From IMG/VR virus record IMGVR_UViG_3300048598_000131: a DNA stretch of 25,708 bases; one strand, given 5' to 3'. Origin of the DNA: a virus (Duplodnaviria; Heunggongvirae; Uroviricota; Caudoviricetes). The translations under genes and the position numbers were made by a program. Below are positions 18,533 to 25,391 of the stretch, piece by piece (position 1 is the stretch's first letter; each line of letters begins with the position of its first letter). The notes under the pieces were generated by a model that did not search any database, was not told where the DNA came from, and saw only the letters and a program-made list of their open reading frames with translations.

Positions 18533-18945
18533 GCTTTGTATACGATATTCAGTAAACTATCTACGATCAGCTGTGGACTGATACCGTAGCGTAGGGATAA
18601 CAGGTACGTCAGCAGCTTAATGTGTGTGATGCGCACTTTATTAGCGTTTTCATTTTCTAGTATTAGCCTGCACATTGGATATGACCGGCTATATCCAGAA
18701 TAGAAAGTAGAATAGAGTCTAAAGTTTCCTATCGTATTATTTTTAATCTGTTTGATTGGTTCAAATGCTATAGGGTTAGAGACTGTTATGAAGAATTGAA
18801 GCTGCCAAATTGCAGGCTGTTGATATCTAAGTAGTTTGTGGACATAATACTCTATACTACAATCTTTTAGGCCTAAATCAGCTTTTAGACCGTTTGCCTT
18901 AATATTGTAGAGGCTAATAGGAACTAGTAATCGTGGCTTGTTCAT
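18529..18945 (-). CDS. Array paralogue
   Basis: MNKPRLL; GNFRLY; YLLSLRY. Confidence 0.85.
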   Translation of the reverse strand: MNKPRLLVPISLYNIKANGLKADLGLKDCSIEYYVHKLLRYQQPAIWQLQFFITVSNPIAFEPIKQIKNNTIGNFRLYSTFYSGYSRSYPMCRLILENENANKVRITHIKLLTYLLSLRYGISPQLIVDSLLNIVYKA

Positions 18946-19355
18946 GTTTTGGATATGATATTAAGAATACATTGCATGATTCTACGTGGATTACTAAGAT
19001 AGTCTAAAGCCAGGAGATAGGGCAGGACTTGGGTGTAAGCTTTAAAAGTATTATCTCGGCTTGCGTGGTCAATGCGTATGCCATAGGTCGTACTCCAGCC
19101 TGAGTTATCGAGTTGAGAAGCACTTTCAGCGTAGTATGCTATAAACTTGCCAAGCCTAATACGTGAAGTCTGTTCAATCGGCATATACTTATTGCTTATA
19201 GTACGGATAGCTAGAATAAGCTGACTTGTGGTTAAACTATCATAATAGCTAAATTTGACGTACGCGCCTTTTATTGCAAATGCGGCACTCATTGCAGTTG
19301 TGCTAGCTATTGCACTTTCAAACTTATTACGAATGAGTAAACGCTGTTTGTTCAT
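18942..19355 (-). CDS. Array paralogue
   Basis: MNKQRLL; LGKF; YLLALDY. Confidence 0.85.
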   Translation of the reverse strand: MNKQRLLIRNKFESAIASTTAMSAAFAIKGAYVKFSYYDSLTTSQLILAIRTISNKYMPIEQTSRIRLGKFIAYYAESASQLDNSGWSTTYGIRIDHASRDNTFKAYTQVLPYLLALDYLSNPRRIMQCILNIISKT

Positions 19356-19762
19356 ACCTTAGAGATGATTTGAATTATATTGGGCATGATCAATCGTTGA
19401 TTCGTGATGTAGCTTAGTGATAGCAGATATTGAACAAGATTTACCTCAATGCTATCAGTTTTAATGGATCTCGCTACTTCCAGTCCTAGGATACAGGAGG
19501 CGTAGCCGTTTTTAGCTATGTCACAGCGCTTGCTGTATACCTTAAAGTTGCCCATAGAATTGTTGGCTATGGCTTGTAGCGCATCAAAGGCATGCGGATT
19601 AGAGAATAGGGCGTACAGCTCGAATCGATTGAACAGCTCGAATCGATTCGAGCTGTAAGGTATATTGGCATAAAATGTGATATGCGCGTTTTTAAGAACT
19701 GTTCTGATCGATATGCCTGGCAGTCTAAGCACAGGACGAGCTAGTAATCGTTGCTTGTTCAT
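19352..19762 (-). CDS. Array paralogue with internal NRFEL duplication
   Basis: MNKQRLL; GNFKVY; YLLSLSY. Confidence 0.85.
   Translation of the reverse strand: MNKQRLLARPVLRLPGISIRTVLKNAHITFYANIPYSSNRFELFNRFELYALFSNPHAFDALQAIANNSMGNFKVYSKRCDIAKNGYASCILGLEVARSIKTDSIEVNLVQYLLSLSYITNQRLIMPNIIQIISKV
19615..19656. repeat. 16-bp direct repeat overlapping a perfect 24-bp palindrome inside a CDS
   Basis: ACAGCTCGAATCGATT at 19615-19630 and 19633-19648; ACAGCTCGAATCGATTCGAGCTGT at 19633-19656 is self-complementary. Confidence 0.9.
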
Positions 19763-20190
19763 ACCTTAAAGATAATCTTGAGCAAATTTGTTACGATTGT
19801 GCACGGAGGACTACCGTAGTTTAGGGATAGTAAGTATTTCAATATATGAGAGCATGCGATTGAACTTTTATTGTTGTATGAGTTTTCAAAAATTAGTTGA
19901 CATGCCGTAATTTTACACATGCATATAGTATGTATAGTGTCTTTATAGAAATTTATGAGCGCACGAAAGCCTCCTAGCCTACTTGATTGTTGAAGCATTT
20001 TAAGCGCTTTAAACATATTAGGATCAATGGGTGTAATGTATAAAATAAACTGATTAGTTGTATTAGGCTTGCAGGCATAAAATTCTATGTAAATTTCTTT
20101 TAGCTCAAATTCAAATTTTAATTGTGAATAGGGTGCATAAGGTGATGTTACACCGAGTAAGCCGCGTAATAGTAAGCGCTGTTTGTTCAT
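19759..20190 (-). CDS. Array paralogue
   Basis: MNKQRLL; LGGF; YLLSLNY. Confidence 0.85.
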   Translation of the reverse strand: MNKQRLLLRGLLGVTSPYAPYSQLKFEFELKEIYIEFYACKPNTTNQFILYITPIDPNMFKALKMLQQSSRLGGFRALINFYKDTIHTICMCKITACQLIFENSYNNKSSIACSHILKYLLSLNYGSPPCTIVTNLLKIIFKV

Positions 20191-20570
20191 GCTTTGGAGA
20201 TGATGACTTTCAGGTCTGGTATGACTAGCTCTGGATTTATGCCATAGCTTAAGGACATAAGGTAGCGATTTATACTTAGACTTACTTTGCGTAATTTAGA
20301 CCTAGACGCACCTTTCAATTCTACTCTGCGCATTAGATAGCCTGCATTGTAGTAGCTGTCAATACGCGTCCAAAAACGGCCTAATTCCATTGATTCTACT
20401 TTATGGTCAAATCCACGGATGCTATGCAATATTACGTCGATTACAAGGGACGGAGTAGCCAATCGTCGGTGAAATACAACAGTCATGTGCTTTAGCTTTA
20501 ACTCGATTGGGTTATCTGAGACTAGCTTAGTATCAAATGGTATGTCTATTAGTAATTTAGTCTTGTTCAT
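20187..20570 (-). CDS. Array paralogue (pair with 20567-20950)
   Basis: MNKTKLLI; LKLKHM; YLMSLSY. Confidence 0.85.
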   Translation of the reverse strand: MNKTKLLIDIPFDTKLVSDNPIELKLKHMTVVFHRRLATPSLVIDVILHSIRGFDHKVESMELGRFWTRIDSYYNAGYLMRRVELKGASRSKLRKVSLSINRYLMSLSYGINPELVIPDLKVIISKA

Positions 20571-20956
20571 AGACGGGAGATGCTGACTCTTAGTCCTAAT
20601 ACAGCTAGAGTTGGACTGATGTTATAGCTTAATGCCATGAGATGACGTTCTATGCTCTGACGGACCTTTTGTAATGCAGCTTTAGACACGTTTTTTATTT
20701 GTATTTCATACACTGGAATACCAAGCTCGTAGTACTGTTTAAATACGCAGTAAAAACTGCTTAACTTCATTGATTTTGATTTAGGTTCAAATACGCCTGC
20801 ACTGTAGGGCACTAAGTAGACTGCGAGGGATGAAATCGTTAAGTCTTTTTTGAATATCACATTCATATGTTTAAGTTTCAATGCGAATGAGGAGTCTTGG
20901 CCGAATTTAAGCTTATATCTCAGGCCTATTAGTAATTTAGTCTTGTTCATAGACGG
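20546..20956. repeat. Perfect 31-bp direct repeat spanning two consecutive gene junctions
   Basis: CTATTAGTAATTTAGTCTTGTTCATAGACGG at 20546-20576 and 20926-20956, period 380 bp. Confidence 0.9.
20567..20950 (-). CDS. Array paralogue (pair with 20187-20570)
   Basis: MNKTKLLI; LKLKHM; HLMALSY. Confidence 0.85.
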   Translation of the reverse strand: MNKTKLLIGLRYKLKFGQDSSFALKLKHMNVIFKKDLTISSLAVYLVPYSAGVFEPKSKSMKLSSFYCVFKQYYELGIPVYEIQIKNVSKAALQKVRQSIERHLMALSYNISPTLAVLGLRVSISRL

Positions 20957-21338
20957 CTAAGATGGTTTTTATCGTCGGTACAATCGTCTTTGGATCATCC
21001 CTATACCTTAGAGATAGTAAATAATACTCAAGCTTTTTACGCACGTTGTACAGCATATCCTCGTTCGGGCATTCTATGTCCAGCCATCTAACGTTGGCGT
21101 TGCTAAGGACGTGTAAGGAACGAATGTGAAGTAGAAATTTGCCTAAGTTCACCATTGATTTTACTTCATCGTCAGCTCCAAAGGCCTTGTGATATCCTAT
21201 GTTGATACAAATAGGCGTATTTGGTCTATATCTGCGTAAATAAACATAAACACGAGCAAGCGTGATGTTTAAGGCCACACGAATGTTATTAGGCACGAAG
21301 TCATAGGACGCGTTCACTAGTAGTTCAGATTTGTTCAT
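20937..21338 (-). CDS. Array paralogue (recent duplicate of 21335-21754)
   Basis: MNKSELL; PNTPICINI..FGAD.EVKS.VNLGKFLLHI; YLLSLRY. Confidence 0.85.
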   Translation of the reverse strand: MNKSELLVNASYDFVPNNIRVALNITLARVYVYLRRYRPNTPICINIGYHKAFGADDEVKSMVNLGKFLLHIRSLHVLSNANVRWLDIECPNEDMLYNVRKKLEYYLLSLRYRDDPKTIVPTIKTILAVYEQD

Positions 21339-21754
21339 AGGCCAGCCAGGATTACTCTTAAATGAGATATAATCGCTCTCGGATCATTCCTATAGTTTAG
21401 GGTTAGGAGATAGCGTTCAAGCTCTCTATGGACGTCGTACAGCTTATCCTCGTTCGTACATTCTATGCCTAGACGTCTAACGTTGGTGTCACTAAGGATG
21501 AGCAAAGAGTTAATGTGAAGTAGAAATTTACCTAAGTTCACCGTTGATTTTACTTCAGCATCAGCTCCAAATGATTTGTTGTAGATTATGTTGATACAGA
21601 TAGGCGTATTTGGCCAATATCTGCGTAGAAAAACACGGGCATGACGAAGCGTGATGTCTAAAAGTACAACAGTGCGCTCAGGTTCAAGCTCACAGAACGC
21701 ATTAATGCGCGCATACTCATAGCGCACATTTAATAATATCCGAGATTTGTTCAT
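21335..21754 (-). CDS. Array paralogue (recent duplicate of 20937-21338)
   Basis: MNKSRIL; same core motif; YLLTLNY. Confidence 0.85.
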   Translation of the reverse strand: MNKSRILLNVRYEYARINAFCELEPERTVVLLDITLRHARVFLRRYWPNTPICINIIYNKSFGADAEVKSTVNLGKFLLHINSLLILSDTNVRRLGIECTNEDKLYDVHRELERYLLTLNYRNDPRAIISHLRVILAGL

Positions 21755-22152
21755 ACTTTTGAAACAATCTTTAGCATATCCGACATAGCAGTGTGCGGGT
21801 TACTGCGATAGCGCAGGGATAATAGGTAGGCGCGTATTTGAGCACATGCACTAGCTATTTTATCATCGGCTAAACATTCAAAGACTAGCCTACATGAATT
21901 AAAAGCATAGGTGCCTTTAGCGTAGAATAAGGCGTACAGTTTAAAGTTTCCTACCACGCTACCACTAGGTTGTCTAAACGGATCAAACGCTGTAGGATCA
22001 AGTGCGGTGACGAAGAGTAGGAATTGATCAGTACCGATGTCTCTGCGGCTGTAAAGCTCTACGCCAATTGTTTTTAGATTTAAATAGCATTCTAGCTGTG
22101 GATTGCTAGGGTTACGAAATTCAATTGGTATGAGCAATCGAGATTTGTTCAT
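21751..22152 (-). CDS. Array paralogue (pair with 22149-22565)
   Basis: MNKSRLLIPIEFR; PFRQP.GS.VGNF.LY; AYLLSLRY. Confidence 0.85.
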   Translation of the reverse strand: MNKSRLLIPIEFRNPSNPQLECYLNLKTIGVELYSRRDIGTDQFLLFVTALDPTAFDPFRQPSGSVVGNFKLYALFYAKGTYAFNSCRLVFECLADDKIASACAQIRAYLLSLRYRSNPHTAMSDMLKIVSKV

Positions 22153-22565
22153 AGTTTTGAAACAATCCTTAGTATGCCCAACACAATAGCATGTTGGCTA
22201 CTGCAATAGCGCAGAGATAGTAGATAAGCTTCTATTTGAGAACATGTATCAGTTATTTTATCACCACCTAGACTTTCAAAGATTAGCTTGCATGAATCAT
22301 ACACAGGGGAGCGCATATTAGCGAATGAAGCGTACAGCATAAAGTTTCCTACAATGCTACCTCTAGGCTGTCTAAACGGAGTAAACGCTGTATGGTCAAG
22401 TGTTGTAGGGTAACGTGTACTGATGTAGAATATAAGTTGACTAGTGCTACGGCTGTTGAAGTTATCAAGCTCTATTTTAACTGTTTTTAGCTTTAAACAG
22501 AGTTTTAGTTCTGGGTTGTAGGCGGCACGAAATTCAACAGGTATGAGTAATCGAGATTTGTTCAT
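22149..22565 (-). CDS. First array paralogue; true start most likely ATG 22565, not 22619
   Basis: MNKSRLLIPVEFR begins at 22565 and forms an ATGA overlap with the stop of 22562-22951, as in other junctions. Confidence 0.85.
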   Translation of the reverse strand: MNKSRLLIPVEFRAAYNPELKLCLKLKTVKIELDNFNSRSTSQLIFYISTRYPTTLDHTAFTPFRQPRGSIVGNFMLYASFANMRSPVYDSCKLIFESLGGDKITDTCSQIEAYLLSLRYCSSQHAIVLGILRIVSKL

Positions 22566-22951
22566 AGCTGCTCTAGTGCATTCGCTTCCACCCACCGAAT
22601 AAGTGACGCATAATCCCATTCTCCTTGTTGACCAATTATGGGTATGAGCTGTGCTTGTAGATTTAAATCCGTAACCACAAAGTTTCGAATAGCACCAACC
22701 TTTCTATGTAAGAGCTGACCAATGCCTAGGTGAATAATACCTGGTTGCACTACACCATCAATAAAGTCCGTGGATAGCGTAAGGATAAGATAACAGTCCC
22801 TACAGGTATAGCAGAGTGTTACAGTGTCTTGTCTATGAGTAGTGCCGTCCGCATAGACATGGATGTAGACATCGTGTGATTGTAGATCGCGTGTAATAGC
22901 AGGAGCCATGGTATAAATGATTACTTCAAATTGAATAATAATGTTGACCAT
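22562..22951 (-). CDS. Hypothetical protein, first gene of the array operon, not a family member
   Basis: 129 aa, lacks the NK-LL and LLSLxY motifs; contains CYTCRDC; ATGA-coupled to the first paralogue. Confidence 0.7.
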   Translation of the reverse strand: MVNIIIQFEVIIYTMAPAITRDLQSHDVYIHVYADGTTHRQDTVTLCYTCRDCYLILTLSTDFIDGVVQPGIIHLGIGQLLHRKVGAIRNFVVTDLNLQAQLIPIIGQQGEWDYASLIRWVEANALEQL

Positions 22952-22985
22952 AGAGGGCTAAAAGTCAGCTTAAAACCTTGGATTT

Positions 22986-23010
22986 CAATAGCCAGCTATG
23001 CTGGCTATTG
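22986..23010. promoter_or_regulatory. Perfect inverted repeat (hairpin or operator) in the divergent control region
   Basis: CAATAGCCAGC-tat-GCTGGCTATTG, 11-bp arms, no clear U-tract on either side. Confidence 0.6.
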
Positions 23011-23148
23011 GTTTGTACAGAAGTCAAGAAAATACTAGGAGTAGAGTAGAAATTTTTAAAAAACAAGGGTTTAGATAGGGATTTTAGGCTATAAATTTAT
23101 GTAAGTGCTACGTATTAAGCTACTTATAAACGTAATTAAAATTAAATG

Positions 23149-23181
23149 TTGACTTTTAGCCTAAACGCACTAAATTAAGTT
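23149..23181 (+). promoter_or_regulatory. Sigma70-like promoter, predicted leaderless transcript
   Basis: TTGACT (23149-23154), 16 bp, TAAATT (23171-23176), 5 bp, ATG (23182). The upstream 16-mer matches that of the 8207 promoter at 15/16 positions. Confidence 0.55.
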
Positions 23182-23439
23182 ATGAACCTACGCGAATGGC
23201 TTCCACAGGAATTTTTCAATAAGCATAGCTATTCGGAGTTGTACCGACACATGGATGCACACGTTTCTGAGTCTTACGTTTTACCCGCTCTTAATGGTCC
23301 TGTAGAGAAAAAGCATCCATTTAAGCACAAGCACATTTTTAGTTGGTGCATTTTGGACGATGGCTTAGCCGTAGGTGTTAATGAGAGGCCAGGTAGCAGT
23401 AGGGGAATGAGTTTTCCGTATAAGCGAATGAAGTCTTAA
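23182..23439 (+). CDS. Hypothetical protein
   Basis: 85-aa ORF with protein-like composition behind a predicted promoter. Confidence 0.75.
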   Translation: MNLREWLPQEFFNKHSYSELYRHMDAHVSESYVLPALNGPVEKKHPFKHKHIFSWCILDDGLAVGVNERPGSSRGMSFPYKRMKS

Positions 23440-23442
23440 ATC

Positions 23443-23468
23443 TAATATCTAGCTAAAGCTAGATATTA
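23443..23468. other. AT-rich inverted repeat (possible terminator, processing site or operator)
   Basis: TAATATCTAGCT-aa-AGCTAGATATTA, 12-bp arms, directly after the stop at 23439. Confidence 0.55.
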
Positions 23469-23486
23469 AAAGCCAAAAAGTCAAGT

Positions 23487-23843
23487 ATGCTTTTATTAGA
23501 CTATGTTAGAAACCGACTGAAATCATATCAGTCGGTACAAAAGTGTAAGCTGTGCTGTAAGCTCGCTGCTTATGCCGATCGCGTGGTTTCTCCTGATGAA
23601 ATGGGGAGTATCATGCGAGATTGTAGAGACGCTATTTACGTGGCGGCTGATCGTGGTGAGACTAGCTGTAAGATTGATATACCTTTCGTATTTGGCAGCA
23701 AAAATGATTCTGAGTTCAGAAGTAGAGTGCTTCTGATTTACACAGATTTTAATCCAGAGTTTCACGAACGCACAGTTGGCAAGTGCCCTCCGTACACGAA
23801 TAGCTACTTGAATTACGCTCAACTCGTTCTGTATTGGAGTTGA
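23487..23843 (+). CDS. Second-array paralogue 1
   Basis: CRDAIYVAADRGETSC...DFNPEF...LVLYW. Confidence 0.8.
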   Translation: MLLLDYVRNRLKSYQSVQKCKLCCKLAAYADRVVSPDEMGSIMRDCRDAIYVAADRGETSCKIDIPFVFGSKNDSEFRSRVLLIYTDFNPEFHERTVGKCPPYTNSYLNYAQLVLYWS

Positions 23844-23867
23844 TATAAAATTTAATTATAACAGAGT

Positions 23868-24242
23868 ATGAACATCAAAGAAATTCGACAAATAACCAAC
23901 GAGGCCGTGGGTGAAATGCTGCGTGCGCGGCGTCAATCAGCGTTGACTGTAAGTGATGAAGCTGGAGAAGAAGAGCTTAATCGCATGGTTAAAACGTGTG
24001 AGCGCGCGGTTATAGACGAGGCGCATAAAGGGCGCTATTCGTGTCAAGTGGATGTACCCTATAAGTTCGATAGTCCCGCGCACGTGGCGCTAAAGGCTAA
24101 GATAGACGAGTCTTGGAGTGGATTTACGGTCAAATATGCGCCTAGCGGCGTATCTCAGGAATCGGATACAAATAAAAATTGTTTTGTTCGTATTGATGTA
24201 TCTTGGACCGCTGTCTATGCAGATGAATATACAGAGTACTAA
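23868..24242 (+). CDS. Second-array paralogue 2
   Basis: MNIKEIRQIT...CERAVIDEAHKGRYSC...GFTVKY...RIDVSW. Confidence 0.85.
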   Translation: MNIKEIRQITNEAVGEMLRARRQSALTVSDEAGEEELNRMVKTCERAVIDEAHKGRYSCQVDVPYKFDSPAHVALKAKIDESWSGFTVKYAPSGVSQESDTNKNCFVRIDVSWTAVYADEYTEY

Positions 24243-24253
24243 TAACAATTATT

Positions 24254-24613
24254 ATGAATACTATTATGAACGTTAAAGAAATTCGAGAAATAACGGCTAA
24301 AGTGCGCAAGGATAACTATTGTGGGTTTATCCGCGTGCTTAGAGTAAAAACAACCTCCAGTAAGAGGTATCCGAGTCTAGTAGCTTCAGGGTGCGAGCGC
24401 GATATTATAGAATCGGCGCTTAAAGGAGAAAATACCTGTCACATTCTTATTGCTAACGTGGGCGGCGCTAGTATGGCGAATAAGGTTCGTCAAGCGATTA
24501 AGAAGGATCTCGCCGACTTTTCTCCAAAGTTTCTACCGGCTAATTCCGCATTTAAATCGCGCATGAAATACTGTCATATGACGCAGGGAATTCGTGTTAG
24601 TTTCACCTGGTAG
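24254..24613 (+). CDS. Second-array paralogue 3 (start may be ATG 24266)
   Basis: MNVKEIREIT...CERDIIESALKGENTC...DFSPKF...IRVSFTW. Confidence 0.85.
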   Translation: MNTIMNVKEIREITAKVRKDNYCGFIRVLRVKTTSSKRYPSLVASGCERDIIESALKGENTCHILIANVGGASMANKVRQAIKKDLADFSPKFLPANSAFKSRMKYCHMTQGIRVSFTW

Positions 24614-24642
24614 TAAAATAGTATCGCAATAAAACACTTAGT

Positions 24643-25026
24643 ATGAAAACACGCAAAGATAGCTTTATAGCCAAGATTCAACGCATCACCAAGCGCGTTA
24701 AGTCTGATAAAGGACGATTCTTACGCCAGCGCAGTGCTTGGTGCAGCCAACCTACTAAATGGGAAAGGCAGCACTGCCTCAATCTGTCGATTTACGAACA
24801 GGCTATCGAAGCAGCAGCTAGGCGCGGTGAAACTTATTGTGCATGTGCCACTGAATACATGATCGATAGCTATCTGGCCAAGGTACTGATGCGCAAGATT
24901 TGTTTTAAGCTGAAAGAATTCAATCCAGTATTTTTATCCTACACAATACAGTGTAGTGCATCTGATGGCGAGAATAAGGTTGATGAGATCAATAGCAGTT
25001 ATCTGGGCGTGCGCTTCAACTGGTAG
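24643..25026 (+). CDS. Second-array paralogue 4
   Basis: KIQRIT...YEQAIEAAARRGETYC...EFNPVF...GVRFNW. Confidence 0.85.
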   Translation: MKTRKDSFIAKIQRITKRVKSDKGRFLRQRSAWCSQPTKWERQHCLNLSIYEQAIEAAARRGETYCACATEYMIDSYLAKVLMRKICFKLKEFNPVFLSYTIQCSASDGENKVDEINSSYLGVRFNW

Positions 25027-25043
25027 CCGAATACACGTTTCTT

Positions 25044-25391
25044 ATGATACAGCTTAAAACGATTCAAGAGCTGACAAAACTCGCTGAAATCAACAACTAT
25101 AAGCGTTGGATGATTAAGCTGAAAGATAAGTCATATCCGAATAAAGAAGATATTAAATATATCGTAGAAGAGTGCGAGTGTGCGATTATGAACGCCGCAC
25201 TACTCGGAAGGCATAAATGCTCAGCTTATAGCGTAAGGTTTAGCAGTAATACGTCTACTGCGCTTGAAGAAGCAATTAAATCAAAATTGCATGATTTTCA
25301 TCCCGATATCTCACATGAGGCGTTGTTTGATCGAGAGACTAAGACATTTCCTGGAGTACACATTGTTCAAATATCTTTTAGCTGGGTATGA
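25044..25391 (+). CDS. Second-array paralogue 5
   Basis: LKTIQELT...CECAIMNAALLGRHKC...DFHPDI...QISFSW. Confidence 0.85.
   Translation: MIQLKTIQELTKLAEINNYKRWMIKLKDKSYPNKEDIKYIVEECECAIMNAALLGRHKCSAYSVRFSSNTSTALEEAIKSKLHDFHPDISHEALFDRETKTFPGVHIVQISFSWV

Larger units (their letters stand above)
14233..22565 (-). repeat. Periodic 8-bp start motif ATGAACAA (TTGTTCAT on +) repeated 20 times at roughly 380-460 bp spacing
   Basis: Read directly at every start from 14625 to 22565. Confidence 0.9.

Noticed and set aside
20937-21754. Diversity-generating retroelement (TR/VR pair)
   Set aside because: No reverse transcriptase in the window. The four differences in the 60-nt near-identical tract are C/T, T/C, A/C and C/T on the coding strand, not adenine-specific, and both copies are intact genes.
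11159-22565. CRISPR array or integron cassette array, given the regular periodic repeat
   Set aside because: The repeat unit is a roughly 400-bp protein-coding gene, not a 25-45-bp repeat with spacers. No cas gene or integrase is visible, and there is no intergenic room for attC hairpins.
22566-22619. 18-aa N-terminal extension of the first array gene (start 22619)
   Set aside because: It overlaps the upstream gene, whereas ATG 22565 gives the family MNK start and the standard ATGA coupling.
22995-23027. TTGACT on the minus strand (23022-23027) as the -35 of the array promoter
   Set aside because: No TAnnnT-like hexamer at 16-18-bp spacing (CCAGCA at 17 bp).
10084-23822. Shadow ORFs 10084-10272, 11109-11300, 13733-13942, 14678-14875, 17322-17534, 23523-23822
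   Set aside because: They are antisense to HAD or array genes, short, and lack independent support.
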